From Callorhinchus milii (taxonomy: Eukaryota): DNA of 64,000 bases. Within the stretch, counting starts at the first letter, position 1. Each line of letters opens with the position of its first letter. Positions 20,723 through 33,100 of the stretch are shown here, in pieces. A program made the position numbers and the translations under genes. Below the pieces are notes generated by a model, which ran no database searches, was not told the origin of the DNA, and saw only the letters and a program-made list of their open reading frames with translations. The DNA lies in assembly GCF_018977255.1 (NCBI RefSeq), contig NW_024704745.1, forward strand, positions 10,602,001 to 10,666,000, in the 5' to 3' direction.

Positions 20723-22972
20723 ATAGATTGAAACTTGCCTCATAAAAACCATCCCCGTAACAGAAAAAAGAAAACGCAATTCTCATGAAACCATCCCAGA
20801 AACAGAAAAAAGAAAAAAAACGCAACGCCTTCAAACTCGTTACAAACCACAACAGCTTTATCTTCTCACACTCCATGTGAGTGGAGGGACCAGGGCTTCC
20901 CTACCTCAGGGTTATGCCACCTTGATCTACAGGGAACAGTTACACTTTTAGGCGAGTCCCAGCTCCGCCTTCCCACTCTATGGTGTTTTGCATAGGAAAC
21001 CCTGTTGGGAATGGCTCTCGTGCAAATGTTACATGAAGTGCTGTAAGGAACAGTTTATTGAGTCCCTCATAAGGAAAGTGTGTTATAGACCTGCCAACAA
21101 CAGACAGCAATCTGCTCAGATAATCCTGGGCATTATTCTAATAATCAATGCACATGATTGGAACTGCTTCATCGCATTTTTTAAAATATATTTTTCTATA
21201 TATTCCTTTTACACTTCGTGTTTTGTAGGGAGTCACTGTGCTGTTTTACAATGAAAGGGTCAACTTGCTCTGCTTGCTTTCCATGTACATCTCGGGACTC
21301 ATGGAGGGGATTTGTAATATTACTTAACGGAACTCCTAATTGAACCCCCCACCCACCAGAAATTCTGTTTCGGAGAAGTAGATCATGTTGCCATGGACTT
21401 CTTCTATGGACGTACTTCTGGTTACTGGAAAGGATCCCCTTTTGTGCAAGATGCATTGGCTGACTCCTTAGACCAACGAACCACAGAGCAGGCAGGACAT
21501 TGGGCTCACTCATAGCCTTCTGGCCCAGAGGTGAGAGTGCTACCAACTGCGCTAAACTCTAACACAGATTTGTATAACTTTAAGTTTTTCTGCAATAAAT
21601 CACGCATTGCAACAGAAGGCGCCATTTCTCCGTCCAGAATGCCAGTCAAACATTATCCAGGAAAATTTGTTCCATCAAGCACTTCTCCTAGCTTTCTTAC
21701 TTTTATTTTTCATCACCATGGTTACCATTGGAATTCCAAAACAGAACCTGTCTAAATTTAGGAATTGGTAAACATACACTAAGCGAGTCCAAGGCTGACA
21801 GGGTAAGAGTTCATTCCAATACACGTAACACCTAAAGTGTGGAAACAATAAGTCTCCAACTATGGTAAAATGTATTTCTTGGCTGCTCTCATCTGTTTCT
21901 GTGCAACTTGAACTCTGTATCACATGTTAGGCAAATGGACTACTTATCTGGTATTATGCATCTCAGGACTCAAACAATCAAATTGGGAGAGTCTAATTAT
22001 TGATACTTCTTAAACTGAACTCATACCTTAGCTAGTTTTGAAATCGTTCTGATGGTGACCTATGGCCCTCGTTAAAATAAACATCTAATTTAAGGTCTAT
22101 CAATGGGTTTGCAATCTGTCACTCTCAATGATCACAGATACCATTCCTAACAATTCTCTGCTGTTGTTAGCTGCGTTTGAAATATGAGCAGTGCAGTAGT
22201 GCAGACCTGGAACCACGTATGACCAGGAGAGGCCTGTGATTCCTATTAGTGTAACGTGCAACAACAGCATTCAATTCATAATGGAGGAAAATCCCATTCG
22301 AAGCTGACATCAATGTCACTTAATGTCACTACAATTAATGGCAACAGGATGTTCAGCCTTCATTTTGTTTCAGAAAAGACCACCAGGCTCAACAACCTTG
22401 CCCTCATTTGACTGGTGTTAACTGGAATGCACTGTCAGCGAAACAATGCTAAATAAATTCTTGCTTACTTGTACAGTACAGTGACTGCTCTGTTACTAAC
22501 CTCTGGCATTTCTCCACAATAGCTGCTTTATTCAACCACAATGTAACATAACAAGATCACCTTGCGGCTGCTTTTGTCACCAAACAATGGCACCACACTG
22601 CCTTTATCTGAGTGGAATTAATATGGAAATCAAATCCACTGGAATTTAAGTTTAGTTTTCTTCCTTCTGCAGAGTGCTGGATTTGTAGTTAACAGGAAAT
22701 AAACAATAAATATCTTACTGCTAAATAAGTAGAGGTGTGTGGAGTAAGGAGATTTGCCTATGGTTTTGCCCCACCCGGGGGGGAATTGAACCCATGTCCT
22801 CTCGCTTGCAAGTTGAGCGCACTAATCGCTGTGATTTCTCTGGTCTTCAACAGACCCTGGAACTAAAATATTAATAAAAATATTAATAAAAATATTAATC
22901 ACGATCAAAGCAACTTAGAAGCTTACAATGTATCATGCAAAAAAACATCATGGGTGGATCAGAATAGGATGG

Positions 22973-23260
22973 AGTCCCGTAGCGTAGTGGTTAGCGCCCT
23001 TGCTTCACAACTTTATTCACATTTCCTTTCTCCACACGCCTCTGTTTACCCAACAGTAAATAGAAACCAGGTTGTTAGTCAATTGTAATAATTTCTACCC
23101 CTGCACCTGGCTCTCTCTCTCTCTGCCCCTGATCTGGCCATTTGATTGTTGAAGGTGTCAAAAAAAAAATTGTCACTACATGCCTGTTTATGGAAGATTG
23201 CAATTGGCTGCCATGTTTTGCACCCACTAAAAAAAATCTTAGCAGATTTGTTCTGAATTT
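22973..23260 (+). mobile_element. tRNA-SINE (long subfamily) carrying a 69-bp foreign insert
   Basis: Head ggagtcccgtagcgtagtggttag; insert at 23094-23162; SINE body resumes after it. Confidence 0.7.
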
Positions 23261-23334
23261 ACCCCCATTCAATCCCAGGCTGTGTCCTCTGTTTCTATTG
23301 TTCATTACAAGAACAAACAGATTATCGTGTTCGA

Positions 23335-23637
23335 CATGGTTCTACAGCTCAGTGGTTAGAGCACTCGCTTTGCAAGCGAGATACCTGAGTTCAATTCCAG
23401 GCAGGGCGAAACCTTGGTCAAGTTTCCTTACTCCACACGCCTGATAACAATCCCTTCAAAAAAAAATTGGTCATTTTCAATCCACGACTGTTTGTGGGAC
23501 ACTGCTGTGCACAATTGGCTGTCGCGTTTCGCCCGCAAATGTACAATCAATTCACTTTACAGCATATTCTGTGCAGCGCTTTGAGACGTCTAGAAGACGT
23601 GAAAAGCGCTATATGAAATGCAAGGATTATTATTAAT
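23335..23637 (+). mobile_element. Full-length tRNA-SINE (short subfamily)
   Basis: A/B boxes, conserved body, GGATTATTATT tail. Confidence 0.9.
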
Positions 23638-24105
23638 ATGTTATCTAGTCCCTTTAGAATCTTAAAGACTGTAATTATATTGCCCTCAACCTTCTCTTCT
23701 CCAGTGTAGTGGACAGAGCTGCATCTTATATACGAGGAGCTTGCTGGTTTAAAATCCTAATTTACGCTGAGTTTGCTGAGCTGGCTGAGGTTGGGTTGGG
23801 AAGATAAATTGGCCCCTGCCTGTTCAGAGCTAAGCAGAGTGTACAGCACCCACTCCTTATTTTACGTGCGCGTGTGTGTGTGCGTGACAGCCGGGTGAAG
23901 TCAGGCTCAGCTTTGACACCTTCAACAGTCAAATGGCCAGATCAGGGGCAGAGAGAGAGAGAGCCAGGTGCAGGGGTAGAGATGCCTATTCCAGTGGGGG
24001 GAGAATTAGAAAATAATTGGACACTAAATTTATTTTTAGATAATTAGATTGGACAGAAAATTGGAATATTCTTCAGGTGTCTTTTTTTCTGGAAGCTGAA
24101 GTGGA

Positions 24106-24424
24106 GGAGTCCTGTAGAGCACTCAGTGGTTAGAGCGCTCACCTCACAAGCGAGAGACCTGGGTTCAATTCCCGGCAGGGCGAAACGTTGGGCAAGTTTT
24201 CTTACTCCACACGCCTGATAATAATCCCTCAAGAAAAAAAAACAATAATAAAATTGGTCGCTTCAATCCAATGACTGTTTGTGGGATACTGCTGTACGCA
24301 ATTGACTGCCGAGTTTCGCCCATAAATATACAGTCAATTCACGTTACAGTATATTCTGTGAAGCGCTTTGAGATGTCTAGAAGACGTGAAAGGCACTATA
24401 TCAAATGCAAGGATTATTATTATT
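24106..24424 (+). mobile_element. Full-length tRNA-SINE (short subfamily)
   Basis: Same layout as 23335-23637; further tail fragments follow at 24430-24720. Confidence 0.9.
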
Positions 24425-27115
24425 AAAACACATAGTCACTACACTTTACAATATATTCTGTGAAGCGCTTTGAGGCACCTCAACGACGCGATAAGACGCT
24501 ATAACAAAGGATTATTATTATTATTTTGAATTGCTTCTTTTTTTAATGTAGAATAATATAGTAATAATCTGTACGTTTGATATGTCACGTCTCAAAGCTC
24601 TTCACAAGATTTTACTGTGAAGAATAGTTACTGTATTTTGTAGGTGTATGCGGTTGCCAAATTACACACAGCAATGTCCCACAAACAACCATGAAACAAA
24701 TGACCAATTTTATCCATTTTTTATTTTTTGTATAACATAAATTCAAATTAACTATCCTACTCCACTCCAGTTTCCGGTTACCCCAATTTGTTTTAGATAA
24801 AGTTAGTGATTTCTCTGACATTTTGGTTGAGGATGAATGCCTCAGTGAAATTGTTAGAATTCATTTTATTTTTTCAGTGGTTCAAGCTATCCAGTTCCTG
24901 AGCGTACAGTTTATTTACTGTAGCCATTGTGGTATTTGTGACTATGTCATTTGTTAATGGAATCTGAGAACATATAGAGTTTTACATAGATTTACATGGA
25001 CCTCACGGCGTGGAAACATGGAAATCTAAATGACCATCTATATCTAAATGCGTAAATGATCGGTAAAGTAGACATCTACAGCTTTCTACATAAATGAGTG
25101 TAAGTTTATACATTTTTAAAACAAAGTCAAATTGTTCCAAGCTGGGGTATTGAAATGGATTGAGTTTCCATTGCATTTATCTGCAATAAATCAGTTGGGT
25201 GTAAGGTGCAATGTTTTTAGTTGGTTCAATGTCCTACTGTACAATAATAGTTGGTCAATTATTAATGCCTAGTGTGGATGTGAACACATCTCCGCATTGA
25301 CTTTGGTGGTTGAATCTGGTCAGGCATTGAGTCATTGTTGTAATACTGTAAGTACTAAAGTCTGATTGAAAGTTTTGCACGATCAGCAACAACAACGGAG
25401 GCTTTGAGAGTTTTAGATCTGCTTCAGGTCCAAGTGCTTTCAGTGGGTGGATTACACCCATGGCCAGTTCTCAGTCAATCCACTGGAAATTACAGTGTTT
25501 CTTCACACATCCGATAACATCAGATCACATTTGGAGTTGCATTGCCTCCTAATCTCATTTATTTGTAATCCACTGAAGTCTTTTCAGTCAGCAAACAGCA
25601 GAGAAAATGGCCATTTGAGTTCAGTGAATATAATTGTACAAGGTTTCTGCCCTTGACATGCACTGGCTCTTTTTTTTTTGGTCAGCCGGATGTCTGACAC
25701 ATGTTCTCGAAAAATCATAACCAGATTCTGGCACTTATTCATATTTCCTGTTTGTTTTGCATTTCCGTTGCAGTCGTGGAGAGAGACAGTTTAGCTACTT
25801 GCAAAATCCAACTGCCTCCCACAGCTAGTGTAGTTAGAGGGTGTTCAGAGCTCAAATGACATCACACATAAAATCCAAATGGAAGGAAAATAATCCAGCA
25901 GGGGAGAAAAATGTCACAATTTATAATTGAACAAGATTGAACAGCATACCCTTCCCTCCATCCCCCACTTTCTTCCAGGACCATCTACTTACTCTCTGGC
26001 TCTGACTTTTGGAGTCATGTTAATTTTTAAATCAATTGCAATGGAGATTGGAATACTTCATCACATGGGGTCCCAAAGTAAGTTTGTTGTGGTTGAAACC
26101 AGAAAGCAGGGTAATTTCTAAAAAGTATATTTCCGTCCGTTATCAGCAAAATCACACAACTGAGGAGGAAGAGTTACAGTTAATTTCCAACCTATCTTTA
26201 CTGCGTGTGTAGGAGCCAACTGTGCTTTTGATAGAGTCACGGAGAAGCTTCAAGTTAAATTACTTAATGCAGTGGGGCAGACCGTGAAGCAACAGATCTG
26301 ATTAAGTGAACATGAGTGCTGTACGTGGTTCCAGTCCACCCAGCAAATACTGGGTTTCTGATGGACAACTGTAAGCATTCTCTTCTGTGAACACAAATAC
26401 AGTAAGTTCAAAGAAAAGTAATAATAATCCTTGCATTTGATATAGCGCCTTTTCACATCGCTGAAATGACTCAAAGCGCTTCACAGAATATACTGTAAAA
26501 TGGATTGACTGTATGTTTTGTAATGCAGTTTCTTATGCATAGGAATCTATTATTGTTAATAAATGTTTGATACTTATAGCGGTGAACATTGGAATGCGTT
26601 TCTACCTGTAAATTCATAACCACAAATCCTATCTGTGAAATTACTGAACGGAAATTTCTGAGCAGATACCTGGGTCTAGATTAACTTTATTTAGTGTTTT
26701 CAGCATGTCCAGAACTCACCAAGTTCTTGAATTATATTGTAAATTGTACACCTATAACTCTATAGGGTAGGGCATTCCACATCTTCACAACTCTGTTTGA
26801 AGAAATGCTTCCTGACCTTCATATGAACTGTCTTAGTTCTGATTTCAAGGCTATGAAATAGATCGCTCTACTCGATGGACATTCACCAGTAGGAACTAAC
26901 ATCTAACCGGTCAATTCCTTTCATTGCTTTAAATATCTCAATCAAATTAATGATTTGAGAAACACTGAATTATGAATCTTGTATGAAACATTGCTCCCCG
27001 AACTAAAAGGCCAATTTCAAACGAATACTGCCTTAAAATTCTATAGACATTTGTAGATTTGTTAACAAAGTTGTTTGTTTTCCATTTGTTCTGTTTTCAG
27101 AATCAAGCAAATGAA

Positions 27116-30100
27116 ATGTTATTTCTAAAAACACAATTGATCAGTCTTCACATTTTGCTTCACTTCTTTGTAACTACAGGTAAGAACAATCTGAGCCTAA
27201 TATATAAGAAGGATCACATTTTGCGTTAAAGCATCGATAAAGCAAAGAGTAAGAAAGTAACTTTGATGCACTATGATTTTGATGTTAAATTAATCTGGAT
27301 CTGGATTGTGTAATTTATGTTGTTGAATGCTATACAGTGACATTTGCTGAAAAATATGTGTCAAATGTGTGTACAGTTTGCATCAAACGAGGATAGGATT
27401 AGTCTAATCTGAAACTGACACGTCCTCCGGATTGAACAGTCAGCCAACATTTACTGCCTGTTCGCACATGAAAAAGAGCCAATTAGGGACTGACAGTGAA
27501 TCAGAATGTGGCTACAGTGTGTGGAAACACAATTCAGCACATCAGCAATTTGTGAAGTCCTGTAGCTCAGTGGTTAGAACACTTCCCTCACAAGCGAGAA
27601 ACCTGGGTTTGATTCCCAGCAAGGAAAAATGTTGCGCAAGTTTCCTTACTTACTGTTTACCCATCAGGAAGTAGGAACCCGGTTCTATATCAATTGGCGG
27701 ATCTCTTTTCCTAGGGTAATAATTCTTTAAAAGTTAATAAATAACAATAATAAATTGGTAACTTCAATCCACGACTGTTTGTGGGATACTGCTGTGCATA
27801 ATTGGCTGCCGAGTTTCGCCCACAAAATATACAGTTAATTCACTTTCCAGTATATACTGTGAAGCGCTTTGGAATGTCTCGAACAAGTGATAAAGCCCCA
27901 TATCAAATGCAAGGATTATTATTATTTAATTTCAAAGAGAAGAGGAGAGTGTTTCCTCAGTAGGTAAAAAGAAAAGATCAAAGAGTTTTACCAATTTGAA
28001 AATACAGTAACTTGAATAATTTGAAATTGACTGCATGTTTTTATGCTGTCATTCAGGTGAAACATATAACCGAGGTCTAAAATAGTCAGTTGCTTCACTT
28101 CACGGTGATTGCTATAAAGCATTTTGAGAGGTTTTGAAGTGAGGTGCCATAGAGTTCAATTCCAGGCAGGGCGAAACCTTGGGCAAGTTTCCTTACTTCA
28201 CACGCCTAATAATAATCCCTCCAAAACCCAAAACAATAATAAATTGGTCATTTTCAATCTACGACTGTTTGTGGGACATTGCTGTGCGCAATTGGCTGCC
28301 GCGTTCGCCCACAAATATACAGTCAATTCACTTTACAGTGTGTGTTCTGTGAAGAGCTTTGGGACGTCCTCCCGACGTGAAAAGCGCTATATCAAATGCA
28401 AGGATTATTATTATTATTATTATAGAAGTAAAAGTTCCTCTCATATTGGCAGCTGTGGCAAGTAATCTGTGCCAGCAATGCCCCACGAATAACAAAACAA
28501 AATTGTTAGTTATTCTGTTTTGAAGGGAGTTTGGATAACTGCGATCTCTTAGCCAGGACGACAAGAACAAACTCCCAACTCTTCTTTGCATTTATCTGTA
28601 TTATCAGGTAATCTTACAGTTTTGTTTGATCACACGATTATATTGACCGGTGATGGAAATTTTCTGTTCTTGTTTCATCCACAGGAGAATGCAGCAACTT
28701 GTCGGTCTGGCAAACACCCTCTGTCATCACAGCACTAAAGGGAGAGACTGTGAATATAAATTGCTCTTTCAGCGCTGGAAATGTAGGTCAACTAAAAATT
28801 AAATGGAAAAGGAATAGCACTGGAGAAGTCCGATATCTATATGTTTTAAGTTCAAATGAAACAAACAGTAGTAGTTCTGAGAATCGACTGACACACGTCA
28901 GTGATGTTGCCAAGAACACATCGACTTTAATAATCCGTGACCTTCATTTACGTGACTCTGATCTCTACATCTGTGAGGTTCTTCTTCAGATACCTCCTCC
29001 TATTAGAAAAGTACAAGGTAAAGGAACGTACCTGAAAGTGGAAGGTGAGATATGGTTTCACTATTCAAAACTTCTAAGTGTTTATCACTTGCCGTTTTAA
29101 CATAGTTTCTGTTTGACAGCCAACATTTTCAAAACAAACTGAGGAGAGGAATTGGATAGATTGTCTCAATCAAATAAATAATAATAATCTTTATGCTTTT
29201 CACGTCGGGGAGGATGCCTCAAAGCGCTTCCCAAAATATATTGTAAAGTGTAATGATTGTAAAATCATTGTAAGGCAAACACAGCAGCTAATCTGTGCAC
29301 AGAAATGTCACACAAACAGCCATGAAGTGAATCATCAATTTTATTTGCTGGGGATTGTTAGCCAGGACGCTGAGAAAAACTACTTTCTCTTTTTAAATAC
29401 TGTATTACCGTGGGATCTTTGAAGTCCATCTGAACAGGTAGACGAGGGGCATGGTTTTATGTATCACTCCTAAGCACGGCAGTTTCGACAATGCCACACA
29501 CCCTAACCTTGAGTTCCAAGGCCCAACCTCGGGCAATTTTATCAGATTAGTTTTGGTCATGGATTGATAATGCGATATGCCTGTAATTCAGCACTAATTG
29601 ACAATCTCACTCAGGTGGATCGTATGGAAAGTAAAAAAAAACACAAAGGATTTTTACAATCTAACACCTCACTGCATGACATGGAGCACATTGCAGCGAA
29701 GTGTGATTTCCTCCGCATTTGTTCCATCATTTGTTCCACCCAAGGTCTTTGTTGCTGACATTGGAGTGGATAAATTAGGATAATATTCCATCCTCAGCTT
29801 TAGCATTCCTTTTATTGAGAAATTCACCCCATCCACCTAAAAAAAAGCTTTGAAGATAGAAAGCACACACACACACACACAAACACACACCACACACACA
29901 AATACACACAAACACAGTAATCTGCCCCATGCATCTTGATTAAAGAGCACTGAAGTTCCCATCATTTAACTCTAATTGTAAGTGGGTTTTCAGTGGTGGC
30001 AGGTTCCAGCCTCGAGCAATTTCAATCGATAATGTACGGAAAAATAGATTCCTCAACTCTGGAGGTTAGCTGTTAGTAATATATGCCAATAGGAGGACTG

Positions 30101-33100
30101 TACTAGCTTTAAAAGTCGATTAATCTGAAAGTCATAATGTGAGGAGAGACTAAACAAATTGAGTCTACTTTTATTGAAATAGAAATTAATGAGTGACAAT
30201 TTCATTCAGGATTACGCAATGCCTTTGACAATCTCGGCCACTAAAGGAATCACTGATCCCCAAAGGCACTGTAAGTAATGCAGAATGGAATTTTACCTCT
30301 TAGAGGGGACTATATAGAAAGAAACCTGCTTTGATAGAATGAAAATTATTCCCACTGGTTTTTGTATTAATAAAAAATGGGGCATAAACATAACATTATC
30401 ACAAAAGAGTTAAATTAGATGTTGGAAGATTATCTTTTGAGACAGTAAAAATAATAATAATCCTTACATTTGGAATGGCACTTTTCATATCGGGAGGGCA
30501 TTTCAAAGAGCTTCACAACTTTTGCTGTAAAGTGAAGTGACTGAGTACATGAACTGTGTGTATGAACGCGGAAGTTTTATCCATATATGGCCATTGAAGT
30601 TAAAAACAAAACAACATTTAAAAGAGAATTGAATAAACCTTTTAAGAGTTTCAATGTAAAAGGATTCACGGAAAGAGCAGGGAATTGGGGTTAGAACATA
30701 GAAGAATATAGAGACGCTAATATCAGCACAGGGCCATTGGGCCAAATGGTTTGTTTCTGAACTGTAATTTCTATGATTCTATGAGGACTACAAACATTGT
30801 TAAAAATGGAAGAAATGTTTAATAAATGTTCTTTTGTTTTTCAGCTCGTCCAAGAGTCGAGTTAAGAGCAGAGGTTCTGCCTTCGCCAAATGGTAATAAA
30901 CAGCTAGTCTGTGTATCACAGGAATTCTATCCTCCCGATATTCAGATATCCTGGTTTGAGGATGGAAAGTTAATTACCAATGAGACACATAATGGGACTC
31001 TCCAACATAACATTGATGGGTCTTTCTCCATCACCAGTATCCTGAAGCTTTCAGCATCTGATTGGAATGAAACAAAAAATTATTCTTGCCATGTGAATCA
31101 CTCGACACTGTCTGCACCCATCATTGAACGGATTTCTGTGAATCATCACGGTAGGAGAAATGCATGTTTTTATATCACAACTATTTACATAAGATGCAAT
31201 TTGCCTCCTTACTGGAGGAGAAATTATGCTTCATATGTCGGGGTGTGTTTGCAATACCTAGCTAACCTCTGCTCTAATTGCATAATAATCCAACCGAAAC
31301 TTAGTACATAAGGAGAAACTATTTCCGTTGGTCGGTGAGTCAGTTAATAAAGGGCATCAATCTAGTATCAACAGCAATAAAAGAAAGGGAGCGTTTAGAA
31401 GAAATTTTACACAAAGAGGGTTAATGTTTGAAGCAGAATCCACAAGAGATTTTAAGAGATTTAGATAAATATTTGAAGAAGAAAAGTATAAAAATGTATG
31501 GGGAAAGAGTAGGCAATTAAATAGTTCATTCTTTCAGAGAGCTGGCACAGAAATGAGCACAGGACAGAATGAACTCCTTCTGTGCTGTGAAATACTAGAA
31601 TTCTTTGAAATCATGAAGCCAGGAACTATAGCAATGCAGAGTGAGTTCATTTTCAAGCAATATTTATCAGGAAAATTGTGTTTTACATTTTGTATTACCG
31701 ACCTGATTATGTAATACTACCGCTAATAATTGCTGCATTTAGTTTGGTGTATTTTATGTCAGGAGATTTCTATCAGGAAATAATATCTCGGGATACAATG
31801 TATAGTTTAGGACACAACATGTGCATGCAACTGCTAGGATGGTGGAAGGCGAACTGAATGGACTTTGGTCTTCTTCGCCAAGCGAATTCCTATGTTGTTA
31901 TGTAGGAAGGCATCTCAAAGTGCTTCAGAAATAAACTAGAGTGTAGTGACTGTGTAATTTGTACGTGATTATCACAATGTAATAATTATCACATACAAGT
32001 GCTGCAGCGCCCCACCACGTAGACCACGTGATTGCACCTGTAGGCAACTATTGGCAACTATCGGCGGGCGGGCCTTCTGCCACTCTGCACCCATCCTCTG
32101 GAACTCCATCCCGCAGTCCCTCCGTCTCGCCCCCTCCCTCGCACAAGACCCACCTAAAGACCCTCCTCTTCGACCGTGCTTTCGATCTCCCTGCTTCACC
32201 CCCCCCTTGGGACGTACTCTCGACGTGGAAGGCGCTTTACAAATGTAATTTTGTTGTTGTTGTAGGTAGATTCATGCTCAACCATTGTGACAACCTTATT
32301 AATGACTGACTCCCCCAGATCTATCAATAATACAGTATCACCAGTGAGAATTAACACATCACACTGCAATTTTCACTCCATTGGGGGTTATTGATAGAAA
32401 GTCTACTTTGTGGGTACAAAGCCAGTGCTGCATTTCATTCATGCCGTCAATGATTCATTAACAGATCCTGGTAACTTTGGTTGGCTGTGGATGATAATAA
32501 CCACCAGCATTGTAATCTTAGTAGTTGGAGCTGTGGTGGTTGTCGCACTTCGTAAATACTCAGCTTCAAGTAAGTTCTTACCTCTTTATACCTTTTTGGG
32601 GGTGGGGGTCAGCCTGGTGCCTAATATGTGCAGAAACCCATCACTGTACTTAAGAGTATCCAAACCAGACTGAGAGTTCCATGTAGGTGTGCCACCTACA
32701 CATGTGAATTTTCTTGTGTCTGTGGTGCTGGGGTACTGCTGGAGGTTAACCAGCAAATGCAATGTATTGATACAAGTGCTGCAGCGCCCCATCACGTAGA
32801 CTGAAAGTGTGATTGCACCTGTAGGCAACTATTGGAAACTATCGGCGGGCGGGCCTTCTGCTACTCTGCACCCATCCTCTGGAACTCCATCCCGCAGTTC
32901 CTCCATCTCGCCCCCTCCTTTGCCACCTTCAAGACCCACCTCAAGACCCTCCTCTTCGACCGTGCTTTTGATCTCCCAGCTCCCCCCCCCCCCCCACCAG
33001 CCTGGGGAAAGTACTGGCAAGCTTCCCACTTATTGTCCAGCTAGGACCACTTCATCCTTAGGGATTTGGCTTGCACAGGAGCTGAGGTGGAAAAATCCCT

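Noticed and set aside
17367-20779. Long Pro/Ser- or Gly-rich ORFs (154, 151, 122 and 174 aa)
   Set aside because: Off-frame or antisense translations of L2 3' ends.
21609-21624. CTCF-like site GCAACAGAAGGCGCCA
   Set aside because: A single imperfect motif match is not enough without ChIP or conservation data.
23335-24720. Regularly recurring repeats that could suggest a CRISPR-like array
   Set aside because: Clustered SINE copies in a vertebrate genome; no constant short repeat with unique spacers and no cas genes.
28685-29044. Rearranging TCR/Ig V segment or NCR3 (NKp30) orthologue
   Set aside because: J is already joined, no RSS was seen, and there is a single V. The TM lacks the NKp30 Arg and a C1 domain is present. 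No gene symbol assigned.
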